This document shows positions 19,766 through 28,641 of a stretch of 38,392 nucleotides of DNA, piece by piece; position 1 is the stretch's first letter; each line of letters begins with the position of its first letter. The notes under the pieces were generated by a model. The model made no database searches and was not told where the DNA came from. It was given only the letters and a program-made list of their open reading frames with translations. This DNA comes from Chitinophagaceae bacterium (GTDB lineage: Bacteria > Bacteroidota > Bacteroidia > Chitinophagales > Chitinophagaceae). The position numbers were made by a program, and so were the translations under genes. The stretch covers positions 1 to 38,392 of the forward strand of contig JAYVLZ010000322.1 in NCBI GenBank assembly GCA_043759175.1, in the 5' to 3' direction.

Positions 19766-21262
19766 TTATTTAACAGGATACTCCTTTATAAACTCCACCG
19801 CTTTCATCATATCTTCCCTCAATATCCTGTCTGCATCGTTAAAAGTTACCTGCTTTCTGAAAGCTGTAACAATCTGCTCAATGTATGGAGAGCTTTTTAA
19901 AGGACGGCGAAATTCCAGTGCCTGTATGGCGGTGAGCAATTCAATAGCCAATACTTTTTCTACATTGTCCACCACCCTTTTACATTTAGTGGCCCCATTG
20001 GCACCCATGCTTACATGGTCTTCCTGGTTATTGCTGCTGGAAATAGAATCAACACTGGAGGGAGTGCAGAGTTGTTTGTTTTCACTTACAATGCCTGCGG
20101 CAGTGTATTGTGGAATCATAAAGCCGGAATGCAGGCCGGGTTGCTTTACTAAAAATAACGGCAGCTCATGTTGTCCGCTGATGAGCTGGTAAGTTCTTCT
20201 TTCTGAAATATTAGCCAGTTCACTCATGGCAATGGATAAAAAATCAAGTGCTAACGCTAACGGCTGGCCGTGAAAATTACCGCCACTCAATATCAGATCA
20301 TCTTCAGGAAAAATGTTAGGATTGTCTGTAACAGAATTAATCTCCCTGATAAAAATATCCAGCACATAATCAAAAGTATCTTTGGTAGCACCATGCACCT
20401 GGGGCACACAGCGGAAAGAGTACGGGTCCTGTACCTGTTTCTTTTTTTGAGCAATGATCTCACTGCCGCTTAATAATTGCAACAGATTTTTTGCAGTATG
20501 TACCTGGCCTTTGTGTGGCCGGATGGAATGTATCTTTTCATGCAATGGCTCTGCCACACAATCAAAAGCATCAAAAGAAATGGCCGCAATCACATCTGAC
20601 CACTGCAGCAAACGTTCTGCCTGTATCAAATTATGCAACCCATAAGCACTCATAAACTGGGTGCCGTTGATCAATGCCAGGCCTTCTTTGCTTTGCAGTT
20701 TTATTGGCTCCAGATTGAGCAACTTTAAAGCTTCTGCAGCAGGCATCTTCTTTCCATCATAGTTCACCTCCCCCATCCCAATCAGTGGAAGACTCAGATG
20801 ACTCAATGGAGCCAGATCACCGGAGGCTCCCAAAGATCCCTGTGTATAGATCACTGGCAGCACATCATTATTATACATGGCAATTAACCGGTTCACCGTA
20901 TCAATCTGCACACCCGAATGACCATAGCTCAATGATTTTATTTTCAGCGCCAGCATCAGTTTTACAATATCTGCAGGTACTTCTTCTCCCATACCACAGG
21001 CATGTGATTGCAGCAAGTTGCTTTGTAATTCCTCTAATTGTTTGTTATCTATTTTTACATCCTGTAAATAGCCAAAGCCGGTATTGATACCATAGAACAA
21101 ACTTTCTCCATCACCAATTTTTTTATCTAAATATGTACGGCAATCTTTAATGGCTTTTGTTGCAGCATCTGAAACAGCTACCTGCTGATTGAATAATAAC
21201 AGGTCTTTCACCTGCTGAAAACTGGTATGCTGACTGTCTAATGATAAAGTAGTGGTATCCAT
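19766..21262 (-). CDS. hutH: Histidine ammonia-lyase
   Basis: YGINTGFG; SH in LLQSHACG; MIO-forming GSLGASGDLAPL; KEGLALINGTQ; QDPYSFRCVPQVHG; GGNFHG; NQEDHVSMG. Confidence 0.96.
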   Translation of the reverse strand: MDTTTLSLDSQHTSFQQVKDLLLFNQQVAVSDAATKAIKDCRTYLDKKIGDGESLFYGINTGFGYLQDVKIDNKQLEELQSNLLQSHACGMGEEVPADIVKLMLALKIKSLSYGHSGVQIDTVNRLIAMYNNDVLPVIYTQGSLGASGDLAPLSHLSLPLIGMGEVNYDGKKMPAAEALKLLNLEPIKLQSKEGLALINGTQFMSAYGLHNLIQAERLLQWSDVIAAISFDAFDCVAEPLHEKIHSIRPHKGQVHTAKNLLQLLSGSEIIAQKKKQVQDPYSFRCVPQVHGATKDTFDYVLDIFIREINSVTDNPNIFPEDDLILSGGNFHGQPLALALDFLSIAMSELANISERRTYQLISGQHELPLFLVKQPGLHSGFMIPQYTAAGIVSENKQLCTPSSVDSISSSNNQEDHVSMGANGATKCKRVVDNVEKVLAIELLTAIQALEFRRPLKSSPYIEQIVTAFRKQVTFNDADRILREDMMKAVEFIKEYPVK

Positions 21263-21315
21263 GCAATCGTTTCTTTCAGGATGTTAAATTAAATAGCAAT
21301 TAATGTTTTGTGGGG

Positions 21316-21323
21316 CAAATGTA
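21316..21323 (-). promoter_or_regulatory. -7 promoter element for hutH
   Basis: TACATTTG on the minus strand matches TAnnTTTG, about 55 nt upstream of the start. No clear -33 TTTG. Confidence 0.5.
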
Positions 21324-21356
21324 GGGTAAATTTTATCCGGTACTTTCACCGCCTAT

Positions 21357-21492
21357 GATGTCGGATGTTTGATGTCGGATGTCGGATGTTTGATGTCGGA
21401 TGTTTGATGCGGATACTAGATACAAAAAAGCATATAGTTTAAAGTTTTCAGGCAACGCACAAATCAGAAATCATACATCAGAAATTAGAAAT
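21357..21492. repeat. Heptamer tandem repeats in two opposed blocks
   Basis: Seven units of GATGTCG/GATGTTT (21357-21405) plus degenerate units, then an opposed block AAATCAG-AAATCAT-ACATCAG-AAATTAG (21461-21488). Confidence 0.85.
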
Positions 21493-21520
21493 AATTTATC
21501 TTGGCTGCAAAAATGATGGT

Positions 21521-22531
21521 ATGATGAAACAATTCAAAATAATATTTCTTTGTGTTTTATTATTTTATTCTTTGAATCCTTTAAAAGCTCAAACAGTTAA
21601 GCTGTTTACCACAGAGACTAAGGCTTCTATCCGGGGATTGAGTGTGGTGAGTGATAATGTAATCTGGGTGAGTGGCAGCGGTGGAATGGTTGGAAGAAGT
21701 GTGGATGGCGGCAACAAGTGGCAATGGTTCATTGTAAAAGGATTTGAAAAAACTGACTTCAGAGATATTGAAGCCTTTGATGAAACCTCCGCAGTGATTA
21801 TGGCGGTGGCAGAGCCTGCTTATATTTTAAGAACGGCTGATGGCGGCAATACGTGGAAGGTAGTATATGAAAATAAAACCAGGGGCATGTTTTTGGATGC
21901 AATGGAATTCTGGAATGAGAACAGTGGCATCGTGGTGGGTGATCCAATAAACAATAAAATTTTTATTGCCCGTAGTTTTGATGGCGGCATTACCTGGAAA
22001 CCAATCCATGCGGATCTAAGGCCTGCACTTGACAGCGGCGAAGCGATGTTTGCCAGCAGTGGCACCAATGTTAGAAAATTGACAAACCAGGAAGCGGTAA
22101 TTATTACAGGAGGTTTGAGAAGCAGGTTACTCATAAGGGATAGTAAAATTAATCTGCCCATTGTGCAGGGAAAAGAAAGTACCGGTGCAAATAGTATTGC
22201 AGTAAAAAACAGTAATACGATGATAATAGTGGGGGGAGATTTTAATGATAAAGATGCCACAATAAAAAATTGTTTTATCACAAATGATAAAGGAAAAACA
22301 TTTACTGCACCTACAACAGCCCCACATGGCTACCGCAGTTGTATAGAATACCTGAATAAAAAAACATGGATCACCTGCGGATTGAATGGCGTTGATATTT
22401 CAACAGATGACGGAGACAACTGGAACTGGATAAGCAAGGAAGGCTTTCATGTATGCAGGAAAGCAAAGAAAGGCAAAGCAGTTTTTTTTGCAGGCAGCAA
22501 TGGAAAAATAGGAAAGTTAATAACAGAATAA
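21521..22531 (+). CDS. Secreted BNR/Asp-box beta-propeller protein (YCF48-related)
   Basis: Signal peptide; Asp-box repeats SVDGGNKW, TADGGNTW, SFDGGITW, TNDKGKTF and STDDGDNW. Confidence 0.82.
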   Translation: MMKQFKIIFLCVLLFYSLNPLKAQTVKLFTTETKASIRGLSVVSDNVIWVSGSGGMVGRSVDGGNKWQWFIVKGFEKTDFRDIEAFDETSAVIMAVAEPAYILRTADGGNTWKVVYENKTRGMFLDAMEFWNENSGIVVGDPINNKIFIARSFDGGITWKPIHADLRPALDSGEAMFASSGTNVRKLTNQEAVIITGGLRSRLLIRDSKINLPIVQGKESTGANSIAVKNSNTMIIVGGDFNDKDATIKNCFITNDKGKTFTAPTTAPHGYRSCIEYLNKKTWITCGLNGVDISTDDGDNWNWISKEGFHVCRKAKKGKAVFFAGSNGKIGKLITE

Positions 22532-22566
22532 TTATTGATTTAACCAATGCATTAAAATTGCGCTGA

Positions 22567-22898
22567 TCATTTCTTGAACATAAAATAAACCGCCCCCAAC
22601 AAGAAAGCAAAACTAATGAGGTACTTCCAGTGAAATGGTTCTTTTAAATATAATACTGCAAATACGGAAAACACCAGCAGTGTAATTACTTCCTGCACCA
22701 TTTTTAGCTGAAACCCATTTACACCATTATTAAAACCTATCCTGTTGGCCGGCACCATAAGGCAGTATTCAAAAAAAGCAATCCCCAACTGATCGCAATA
22801 GCTTTCCATAATGGCACATGGGTGTTTTTTAAATGCCCGTACCAGGCAGACGTCATAAAAATATTTGAAAATAAAAGCAGGGTAACCGTACGTATCAT
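22567..22898 (-). pseudogene. DMT-family small membrane protein (DUF486-type), frameshifted
   Basis: From the ATG at 22898 one frame reads MIRTVTLLLFSNIFMTSAWYGHLKNTHVPLWKAIAISWG. A second frame continues IAFFEYCLMVPANRIG...QLKMVQEVITL. One base is missing at the G4 run (C4 at 22783-22786). Confidence 0.85.
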
Positions 22899-23078
22899 AA
22901 TGATTTATTTGTATTATTAATTTATTTTAATGCATTTTTTCAATCACCTTGCCGCATTGTATCCTCTGGCATGATTTTGGGAAATGCACATAACTGTATA
23001 TAATTTTAATAACTAATTTTAATAATTCTGTAAATTACAGGCAAACCCCATTAACTAACAAAAGATAAATCTACAACC

Positions 23079-24074
23079 ATGGCATTCGAAAATTTCCCCA
23101 CAACACAAAGTACACCTCCACCACCGCCTGAACCACCAAAAACGGACTGGCGTTTCTTTTTAACCATTGGACTTGTAATTGCATTACTCGGTACCTGGGG
23201 TTATATCATCTGGGACAAAAGCAAAGTAAAAGAAACCATCCAGCAAAAAGACACACAATACACTGCTGTTGTTTCAGAAAAAGACACTTTAAAAAGTCTG
23301 CTGGATGAAGCGACTATGCGGTACGATGCATTAAAAACATCTAATGCAAAGAAAGACAGCACCATTACTGCAAAAGACAGGGATATCGCTGCTAAAAAAG
23401 CAAGAATTCAAAGTATTCTTACCAAAGAAAAAGCTACCGAAGCTGAATTAAAAGAAGCTAAATCACTCATTGCTTCTTTAAACACAGATATTGAAAGCTA
23501 TAAAACAGAAGTTGAAAGATTAAAAGGAGAAAACCAAACGCTTACGGTACAAAAAGAAGCAGTAACACAGCAACGAAATGTAGCACAAAAAAACTTTGAC
23601 TCTGCAAGTACCGTGATAAAGGAAAAGGAAAGTGTGATTGATATTGGCTCCACCCTTCATGCTTCTGATTTTAATATTATAGGCATTGACGAGAAAAAAG
23701 ATGGTAAAGAAAAGGAAACAACCAAAGCAAAAAAAGTTGATAAGTTAAGGATCTCCTTTAACCTGGATGAAAACAGAATATCTCCATCCGGATCAAAAGA
23801 CCTGTTCATCTCTATAGCAGCACCAGATGGAACACCGATAGCTGTGGAGGCTTTAGGTTCCGGTATGTTTACCACCAGGGAAGGCGAACAAAAATCATTT
23901 ACCCAAAAAGTGCAGATCAATTATACTCAGGGGCAAAAACAAATTGTAAGTTTCGACTGGAAACAGAATACAAAGTTTGAGCCCGGCAGTTACAAAATAG
24001 AAGTGTATCATAATGGATTTAAAATTGGCGATGGTATTGCAGTGCTGAAGAAACCCGGTTTCTTAGGATTGTAA
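23079..24074 (+). CDS. Hypothetical membrane-anchored coiled-coil protein with a beta-rich C-terminal domain
   Basis: Pro-rich N-terminus, one TM helix (FFLTIGLVIALLGTWGYIIW), a long charged helical stretch, and a C-terminal PDG...GSYKIEVY Ig-like pattern. Confidence 0.75.
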   Translation: MAFENFPTTQSTPPPPPEPPKTDWRFFLTIGLVIALLGTWGYIIWDKSKVKETIQQKDTQYTAVVSEKDTLKSLLDEATMRYDALKTSNAKKDSTITAKDRDIAAKKARIQSILTKEKATEAELKEAKSLIASLNTDIESYKTEVERLKGENQTLTVQKEAVTQQRNVAQKNFDSASTVIKEKESVIDIGSTLHASDFNIIGIDEKKDGKEKETTKAKKVDKLRISFNLDENRISPSGSKDLFISIAAPDGTPIAVEALGSGMFTTREGEQKSFTQKVQINYTQGQKQIVSFDWKQNTKFEPGSYKIEVYHNGFKIGDGIAVLKKPGFLGL

Positions 24075-24091
24075 TTTTTTGACCAGGTCAT

Positions 24092-24131
24092 AATAAAAAA
24101 ACGTTCCGAGAAACCGGAACGTTTTTTTATT
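24092..24131 (+). terminator. Intrinsic, potentially bidirectional terminator
   Basis: 17-bp perfect inverted repeat AATAAAAAAACGTTCCG / CGGAACGTTTTTTTATT, 17 nt after the stop codon. Confidence 0.88.
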
Positions 24132-24264
24132 GCCGTCTATTCAATACTGTCCGTTGAAAACGAGCTTGCCCAAAGCCTTCAATTCTTAATTTTCTGTAAT
24201 TTTTTATTAGAGATTCTTCAGTATTTTTTGATATTTTTTCAAAAAAATATCAAAAAATAAAGGA

Positions 24265-24705
24265 ATGAAAGAAATATTTTTACTAATAGTTATTGCAAGT
24301 TCTGCAACTTTTGCAAACGCCCAATCCAGGACAAATAGCAATTTAAAAATAAAAAATATGGCTGAAAACAAACAGACTATCCAGAAATATATTGATGGTT
24401 TTATGGCAAGCGACCATGCAAAAATTTTATCCTGCCTCACTGACGATGTTACCTGGGTAATTCCGGGAGCAGTTAATTTGAGTGGTAAAGAAGCATTTGA
24501 CAAAGAAATTGAAAATGAGAACTTTGTTGGGAGTCCAACCATTGAGATTATTAGACTGGTGGAGGAAAATAATATCGTTGTTGCAGAAGGAACTGTAAAA
24601 TGCAATATGAAAAACGGAGGTCTATTAGACGCATTATTTTGTGACGTTTTTCATATGCAAAGCGGAAAAATAAAGCATTTGACATCTTATATAATGAACA
24701 GGTAA
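24265..24705 (+). CDS. SnoaL-like / NTF2-family protein
   Basis: NKQTIQKYIDGF...CLTDDVTWVIPG...VVAEG...CDVFHMQSGKIK pattern. An alternative start exists at 24358. Confidence 0.82.
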   Translation: MKEIFLLIVIASSATFANAQSRTNSNLKIKNMAENKQTIQKYIDGFMASDHAKILSCLTDDVTWVIPGAVNLSGKEAFDKEIENENFVGSPTIEIIRLVEENNIVVAEGTVKCNMKNGGLLDALFCDVFHMQSGKIKHLTSYIMNR

Positions 24706-24749
24706 ATATAAGTGCAACCGGGGAGAACATTGACCGGCCTGCAATAGAG

Positions 24750-24862
24750 GGTGCATTTAAAATTGTCGCACTTCAATAAAGGTTGCCAACCTTTTTTAAA
24801 GAATTTTAGTTTAAAAGAACCTGATAAAGGTTGGCAACCCTTACGCTAATTTTAAATGCACC
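24750..24862. mobile_element. 113-bp MITE-like element
   Basis: Perfect 15-bp terminal inverted repeats GGTGCATTTAAAATT; internal inverted palindromes AAGGTTGCCAACCTT / AAGGTTGGCAACCCT; flanking 10-bp direct repeats TGCAATAGAG / TGCAATGGAG. Confidence 0.75.
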
Positions 24863-24917
24863 TGCAATGGAGCTTGCTAAAATGCATTAATAAATTGTGT
24901 GATTAAAAATATCTGCA

Positions 24918-25736
24918 ATGGAAAAAATTATCAAGAAAAAAATTATACCAAAATCTGCAAAAAAGAATGCAGGCATTGCAAAAGAAACAACAGTAACAAA
25001 GTCAACATCTATCAATGCAAAGCAGTTTATTGAAAAACTAAAAACTTTTCAATCGGATACAGAACTCAAAAAAAATCAGCGATATTTTAAATCCGGAGAA
25101 GGGCAGTATGGAGAAGGCGATGAATTTATGGGAGTAAAAATGGGACAGCTGTTTGCGTTAGCGATTGAATTTAATGGTATGCCAATTAATGAAATTGAAA
25201 AATTACTGGAAAGCAACATCCATGAAATGAGAGCTGGTGCTGTGAGCATCATGGACAAAGAATGCCGTAGTAAAAAAATTACAGAGAGCCGCAGAAAAGA
25301 ATTTTATGACCTGTACATGCGGAGGCACGACAGGATCAACAACTGGGACCTGGTGGATCTTGGTTGCCTGCACATGACAGGCAGTTATCTTTTTGATAAA
25401 TCAAGAAAGATTTTATACAAACTGGCAAAGTCAAAAAATATTTGGGAACGAAGAACAGCCATCCTCAGCACCTGCTATTTTATCAGGAAAGGAGATACAG
25501 CCGATACTTTTAAAATAGCGGAGCTGCTGCTGAAAGACAAAGAGGATTTGATACACAAAGCAACGGGGTGGATGCTACGCTTTGCAGGAGATAAGGAACC
25601 AACAAAACTGCTTAATTTTTTAGATGAATATGCAGCTGCAATGCCCCGTACATTATTGCGTGGCGCCATTGAAAAAATAGATAAAAATAGAAAAGCTTAT
25701 TATATGAACTTAAAATCATCAACCAAAAAAAAATAA
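24918..25736 (+). CDS. DNA alkylation repair protein (AlkD-like HEAT-repeat family)
   Basis: FKSGEGQYGEGDEFMGV; INNWDLVD; NIWERRTAI; DLIHKATGWMLR; MPRTLLR. Confidence 0.88.
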   Translation: MEKIIKKKIIPKSAKKNAGIAKETTVTKSTSINAKQFIEKLKTFQSDTELKKNQRYFKSGEGQYGEGDEFMGVKMGQLFALAIEFNGMPINEIEKLLESNIHEMRAGAVSIMDKECRSKKITESRRKEFYDLYMRRHDRINNWDLVDLGCLHMTGSYLFDKSRKILYKLAKSKNIWERRTAILSTCYFIRKGDTADTFKIAELLLKDKEDLIHKATGWMLRFAGDKEPTKLLNFLDEYAAAMPRTLLRGAIEKIDKNRKAYYMNLKSSTKKK

Positions 25737-25740
25737 AAAA

Positions 25741-26157
25741 ATGACAAAGCAATTTTGGATCAACCTGCCGGTTAAAGACGTCAGCAAATCAAAAACATTT
25801 TTTACACAACTTGGATTTCAATTCAATCCTCATTATGGCAATAATGAAAATTCTGCCAGCCTTTTGATTGGAGAAAAAAATGTAGTGGTAATGCTTTTTG
25901 ATGAACCTACATTTAAAAGTTTCATTGGCAATGAAACAGGTATTTCAAACCTGTCAACAGAAGTATTACTTTCTATTGATGCGGAAAGTAAAGAAGAAGT
26001 AGATGAAATGGTTGCAAAGGCAGTAGCAGCAGGTGGCAAAAGCAATCACATACCCGGTGAAATGAAAGGCTGGATGTATGGTTGTGTTTTTACTGATCTT
26101 GACGAACATCGCTGGAATGTACTTTATATGGATATGAGCAAAATGCCAAAGGGATAA
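25741..26157 (+). CDS. VOC/glyoxalase-family protein
   Basis: WINLPVKDVSKSKTFFTQLGF; EEVDEMVAKAVAAGG; GWMYG...DLDEHRWNVLYMD. Confidence 0.87.
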   Translation: MTKQFWINLPVKDVSKSKTFFTQLGFQFNPHYGNNENSASLLIGEKNVVVMLFDEPTFKSFIGNETGISNLSTEVLLSIDAESKEEVDEMVAKAVAAGGKSNHIPGEMKGWMYGCVFTDLDEHRWNVLYMDMSKMPKG

Positions 26158-26282
26158 ATTTCGAAATAAATAGCTGTCGTAACTAACCCTCTTATTTGTC
26201 AGTTTTACACAGCAGAAAATGTAAGCATTGACATTACTTTTATTTTATAGTAATTAAATTAAACATCATAAAAAATAAAATT

Positions 26283-26753
26283 ATGCAAAAGATCACTCCA
26301 TGCCTTTGGTTTAACAATAATGGCGAAGAAGCTATTAATTTTTATGCATCCATTTTCAATGATTGTAAGATTACCAACAAAAAATATTATGGCGAAGCCG
26401 GCCCGGGGCCAAAAGGATCACTGCTGGCAGCAACTTTCCAGATGGAAGGGCAGGAATTTATGGTTTTAAACGGCGGGCCTATATTTCAGTTTTCTCCGGC
26501 CATTTCATTTTTTGTAAAATGCAGCACACAGGAAGAAGTGGATAATTTTTGGAATAAACTTTCTGCCGAAGGACAGGAGCAACAATGCGGATGGGTTACC
26601 GATAAATTTGGTGTTTCATGGCAAATTGTTCCTTCCATTTTAGGAGAGTTGTTAGATGATCCTGATGAGATAAAATCACAAAAAGTAATGTACGCCATGC
26701 TGCAGATGAAAAAAATTATCATCAGTGATTTAAAGGCAGCTTACGAAAAGTGA
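26283..26753 (+). CDS. VOC-family PhnB-like protein (3-demethylubiquinone-9 3-methyltransferase domain annotation)
   Basis: MQKITPCLWF; LNGGPIFQFSPAISF; QCGWVTDKFGVSWQIVP; AMLQMKKI. Confidence 0.9.
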   Translation: MQKITPCLWFNNNGEEAINFYASIFNDCKITNKKYYGEAGPGPKGSLLAATFQMEGQEFMVLNGGPIFQFSPAISFFVKCSTQEEVDNFWNKLSAEGQEQQCGWVTDKFGVSWQIVPSILGELLDDPDEIKSQKVMYAMLQMKKIIISDLKAAYEK

Positions 26754-26783
26754 TTTTAATTTATTTAACTAAAGACAATAGCC

Positions 26784-26831
26784 ATGTCGGCGAAAAATAA
26801 AACTACAATCACCGCAGAACCCGGTAAGTGA
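26784..26831 (+). pseudogene. 15-codon stub resembling the N-terminus of an SRPBCC/AHSA1 protein
   Basis: ATG 30 nt after the VOC gene gives MSAKNKTTITAEPGK*. This resembles the NKTxITAEPGKQE start of Bacteroidota SRPBCC proteins, which often follow VOC genes (recognised from memory). Confidence 0.55.
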
Positions 26832-26878
26832 TGGTTGCATCAACGATTGTAAACACGCTTTGCGTTCAATACCTCTTT

Positions 26879-28603
26879 TTACTTTATTGAACCTGTATGC
26901 AATTGTTTTAAAAAACCTGCAAACACTTCAGCGCTGGTGCTCCAGTCGGGAGTTTCTATATCGCCCCACGCTTTGGGGCTATCGGCATAGTTAAAATAAT
27001 TAATGCCAATGATCTCCGGGTGTGCATTAATAGTTTCGGCTGCTTCCTGCAGCCATTTCTTTTTGTAATCCTGTGGGCCTTTTACGCCAAACTCCGTAAT
27101 AAAAAGTGGTTTATGTGCCAACCGCAATCTGTTGTATTTTCTTTTAAATATGGTATTGAAAGATTCCTGTTTATTATGATCTGTAATATTTTTATCAGGC
27201 AAGCCGTAAATGGCAATGCTGACATATTCAACCACATCTGACCCAGGCCAGTATTCAATAGACCCCCTGTCTCCTGCAGGGCCCCATACTATAAATACGT
27301 TGGCAGGTTTTGGCTGCAGTTTATTTACAAAATACCGGAATGCTTTAATGTAAGCGATGGGATCCTGGCTCTGCCATGGATAACGGGTGATGGGAATTTC
27401 CATTTCATGCAGCCAGCGCAGGTACACTTTTCTGTTAGTACTGGTAATAATTGAAAACAACTCTTTAAACTGTGGATCGTACCGGCCGGCTAAAATATTA
27501 TTTATCAATTGAGGGTCCTTTTCAAGTCCTTTATCTTTCCAGGGTTCCATGGTCACAATCACATCATGGTTTCTTAAAATAACGCTGTCAAAAAATTTTT
27601 TGAAAGTTCCGTTTCTCAGTCTGCCTAAATTTACAAACAAATGCTCCACAGTAACCACTGGATTATTAATAACTTTTAAATCCGGGTCATAGGCTCCAAC
27701 AATTAAACTGCCGTCTTTTCTCAATAAAGCGGCATTTCCTTCCTGCTCTGCTGCATTTACATCTTTATACAGCAACGCCGCATTTTCAGCGATCTCTTGT
27801 ACAGCAGTATCAAAACTTTGTTGCTGAAAATTGGCTGCATTTATTTTTTCAGACCCTATCAATATTACGGGCTTATCAAAAAAACGTGTTCTGAGTATTT
27901 TTCGTTTAATCAATGTTGCCATGGAAGATGGCTCAGGATAATTATTAGTCATCAATTCTGATTTACCTTTCAGCGTTACACTGATCATGTCCACCCATGC
28001 AGCGCCGGGCCAGTATTCTTCAGTACCCGGATAACCTGCAGGCGCCCATACAATTTTAGCAGCAGGGGCATTTTTTCTGCACAGCTCAGCAAAATGCCGG
28101 AAGGCTTTTGTATACAATTCTGAAGACTGCTTCTGCCAGGGATACAGGTTTACATACACTTCCATTTCTGGAGCAAACCTGATGACTACCTGCTGCGGTT
28201 GCTTTGATAAATAATAACACAGCTTTGTTATCTTTTCATCAAAACGGCCATCAACAACGGAGGTGAGAATGTTGTCATGAAAAATTTTGTCTCCGGCAGA
28301 AGGCCATATTTCAAGTGTGATTAATACCGGCTGATTCTCTGTGAGCAAGGGTTCCAGTTGTGCCGCTATATCATTTTCTTTATCATTGCTCCACTGGATG
28401 AACAGATGCTTATATTTATCCAACGCATTCCCTTTTATCACACCGTTGCGATCATAAACAGCCAGAACGGGTTCTGCAGGCCTTTCGCCTGCCGTATCTT
28501 TTGAATAGGTTTTTAAAACAGTAAATATCAATAATTTCCAAATGATAAAACTGGCTGCTGCAATGATCAAAACTACCGTTATAATTTTTTTTCCTTTTTT
28601 CAT
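26879..28603 (-). CDS. Membrane-anchored protein with two tandem GH26-like domains
   Basis: N-terminal TM. Domain 1: ITLEIW, GRFD, RFAPEME, WAPAG, YWPG..WVD. Domain 2: VTMEPW, GRYD, RWLHEME, WGPAG, YWPGSDVVE, FITEFG. Confidence 0.8.
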   Translation of the reverse strand: MKKGKKIITVVLIIAAASFIIWKLLIFTVLKTYSKDTAGERPAEPVLAVYDRNGVIKGNALDKYKHLFIQWSNDKENDIAAQLEPLLTENQPVLITLEIWPSAGDKIFHDNILTSVVDGRFDEKITKLCYYLSKQPQQVVIRFAPEMEVYVNLYPWQKQSSELYTKAFRHFAELCRKNAPAAKIVWAPAGYPGTEEYWPGAAWVDMISVTLKGKSELMTNNYPEPSSMATLIKRKILRTRFFDKPVILIGSEKINAANFQQQSFDTAVQEIAENAALLYKDVNAAEQEGNAALLRKDGSLIVGAYDPDLKVINNPVVTVEHLFVNLGRLRNGTFKKFFDSVILRNHDVIVTMEPWKDKGLEKDPQLINNILAGRYDPQFKELFSIITSTNRKVYLRWLHEMEIPITRYPWQSQDPIAYIKAFRYFVNKLQPKPANVFIVWGPAGDRGSIEYWPGSDVVEYVSIAIYGLPDKNITDHNKQESFNTIFKRKYNRLRLAHKPLFITEFGVKGPQDYKKKWLQEAAETINAHPEIIGINYFNYADSPKAWGDIETPDWSTSAEVFAGFLKQLHTGSIK

Positions 28604-28641
28604 TTTAATGATGCTGCTGTTTCACCCGTGCTTGATAATCT

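Noticed and set aside
19569-19829. hutH 3' duplicate as a DGR template/variable repeat pair
   Set aside because: The five mismatches are not confined to adenines of one copy on either strand, no RT is nearby, and hutH is a housekeeping enzyme.
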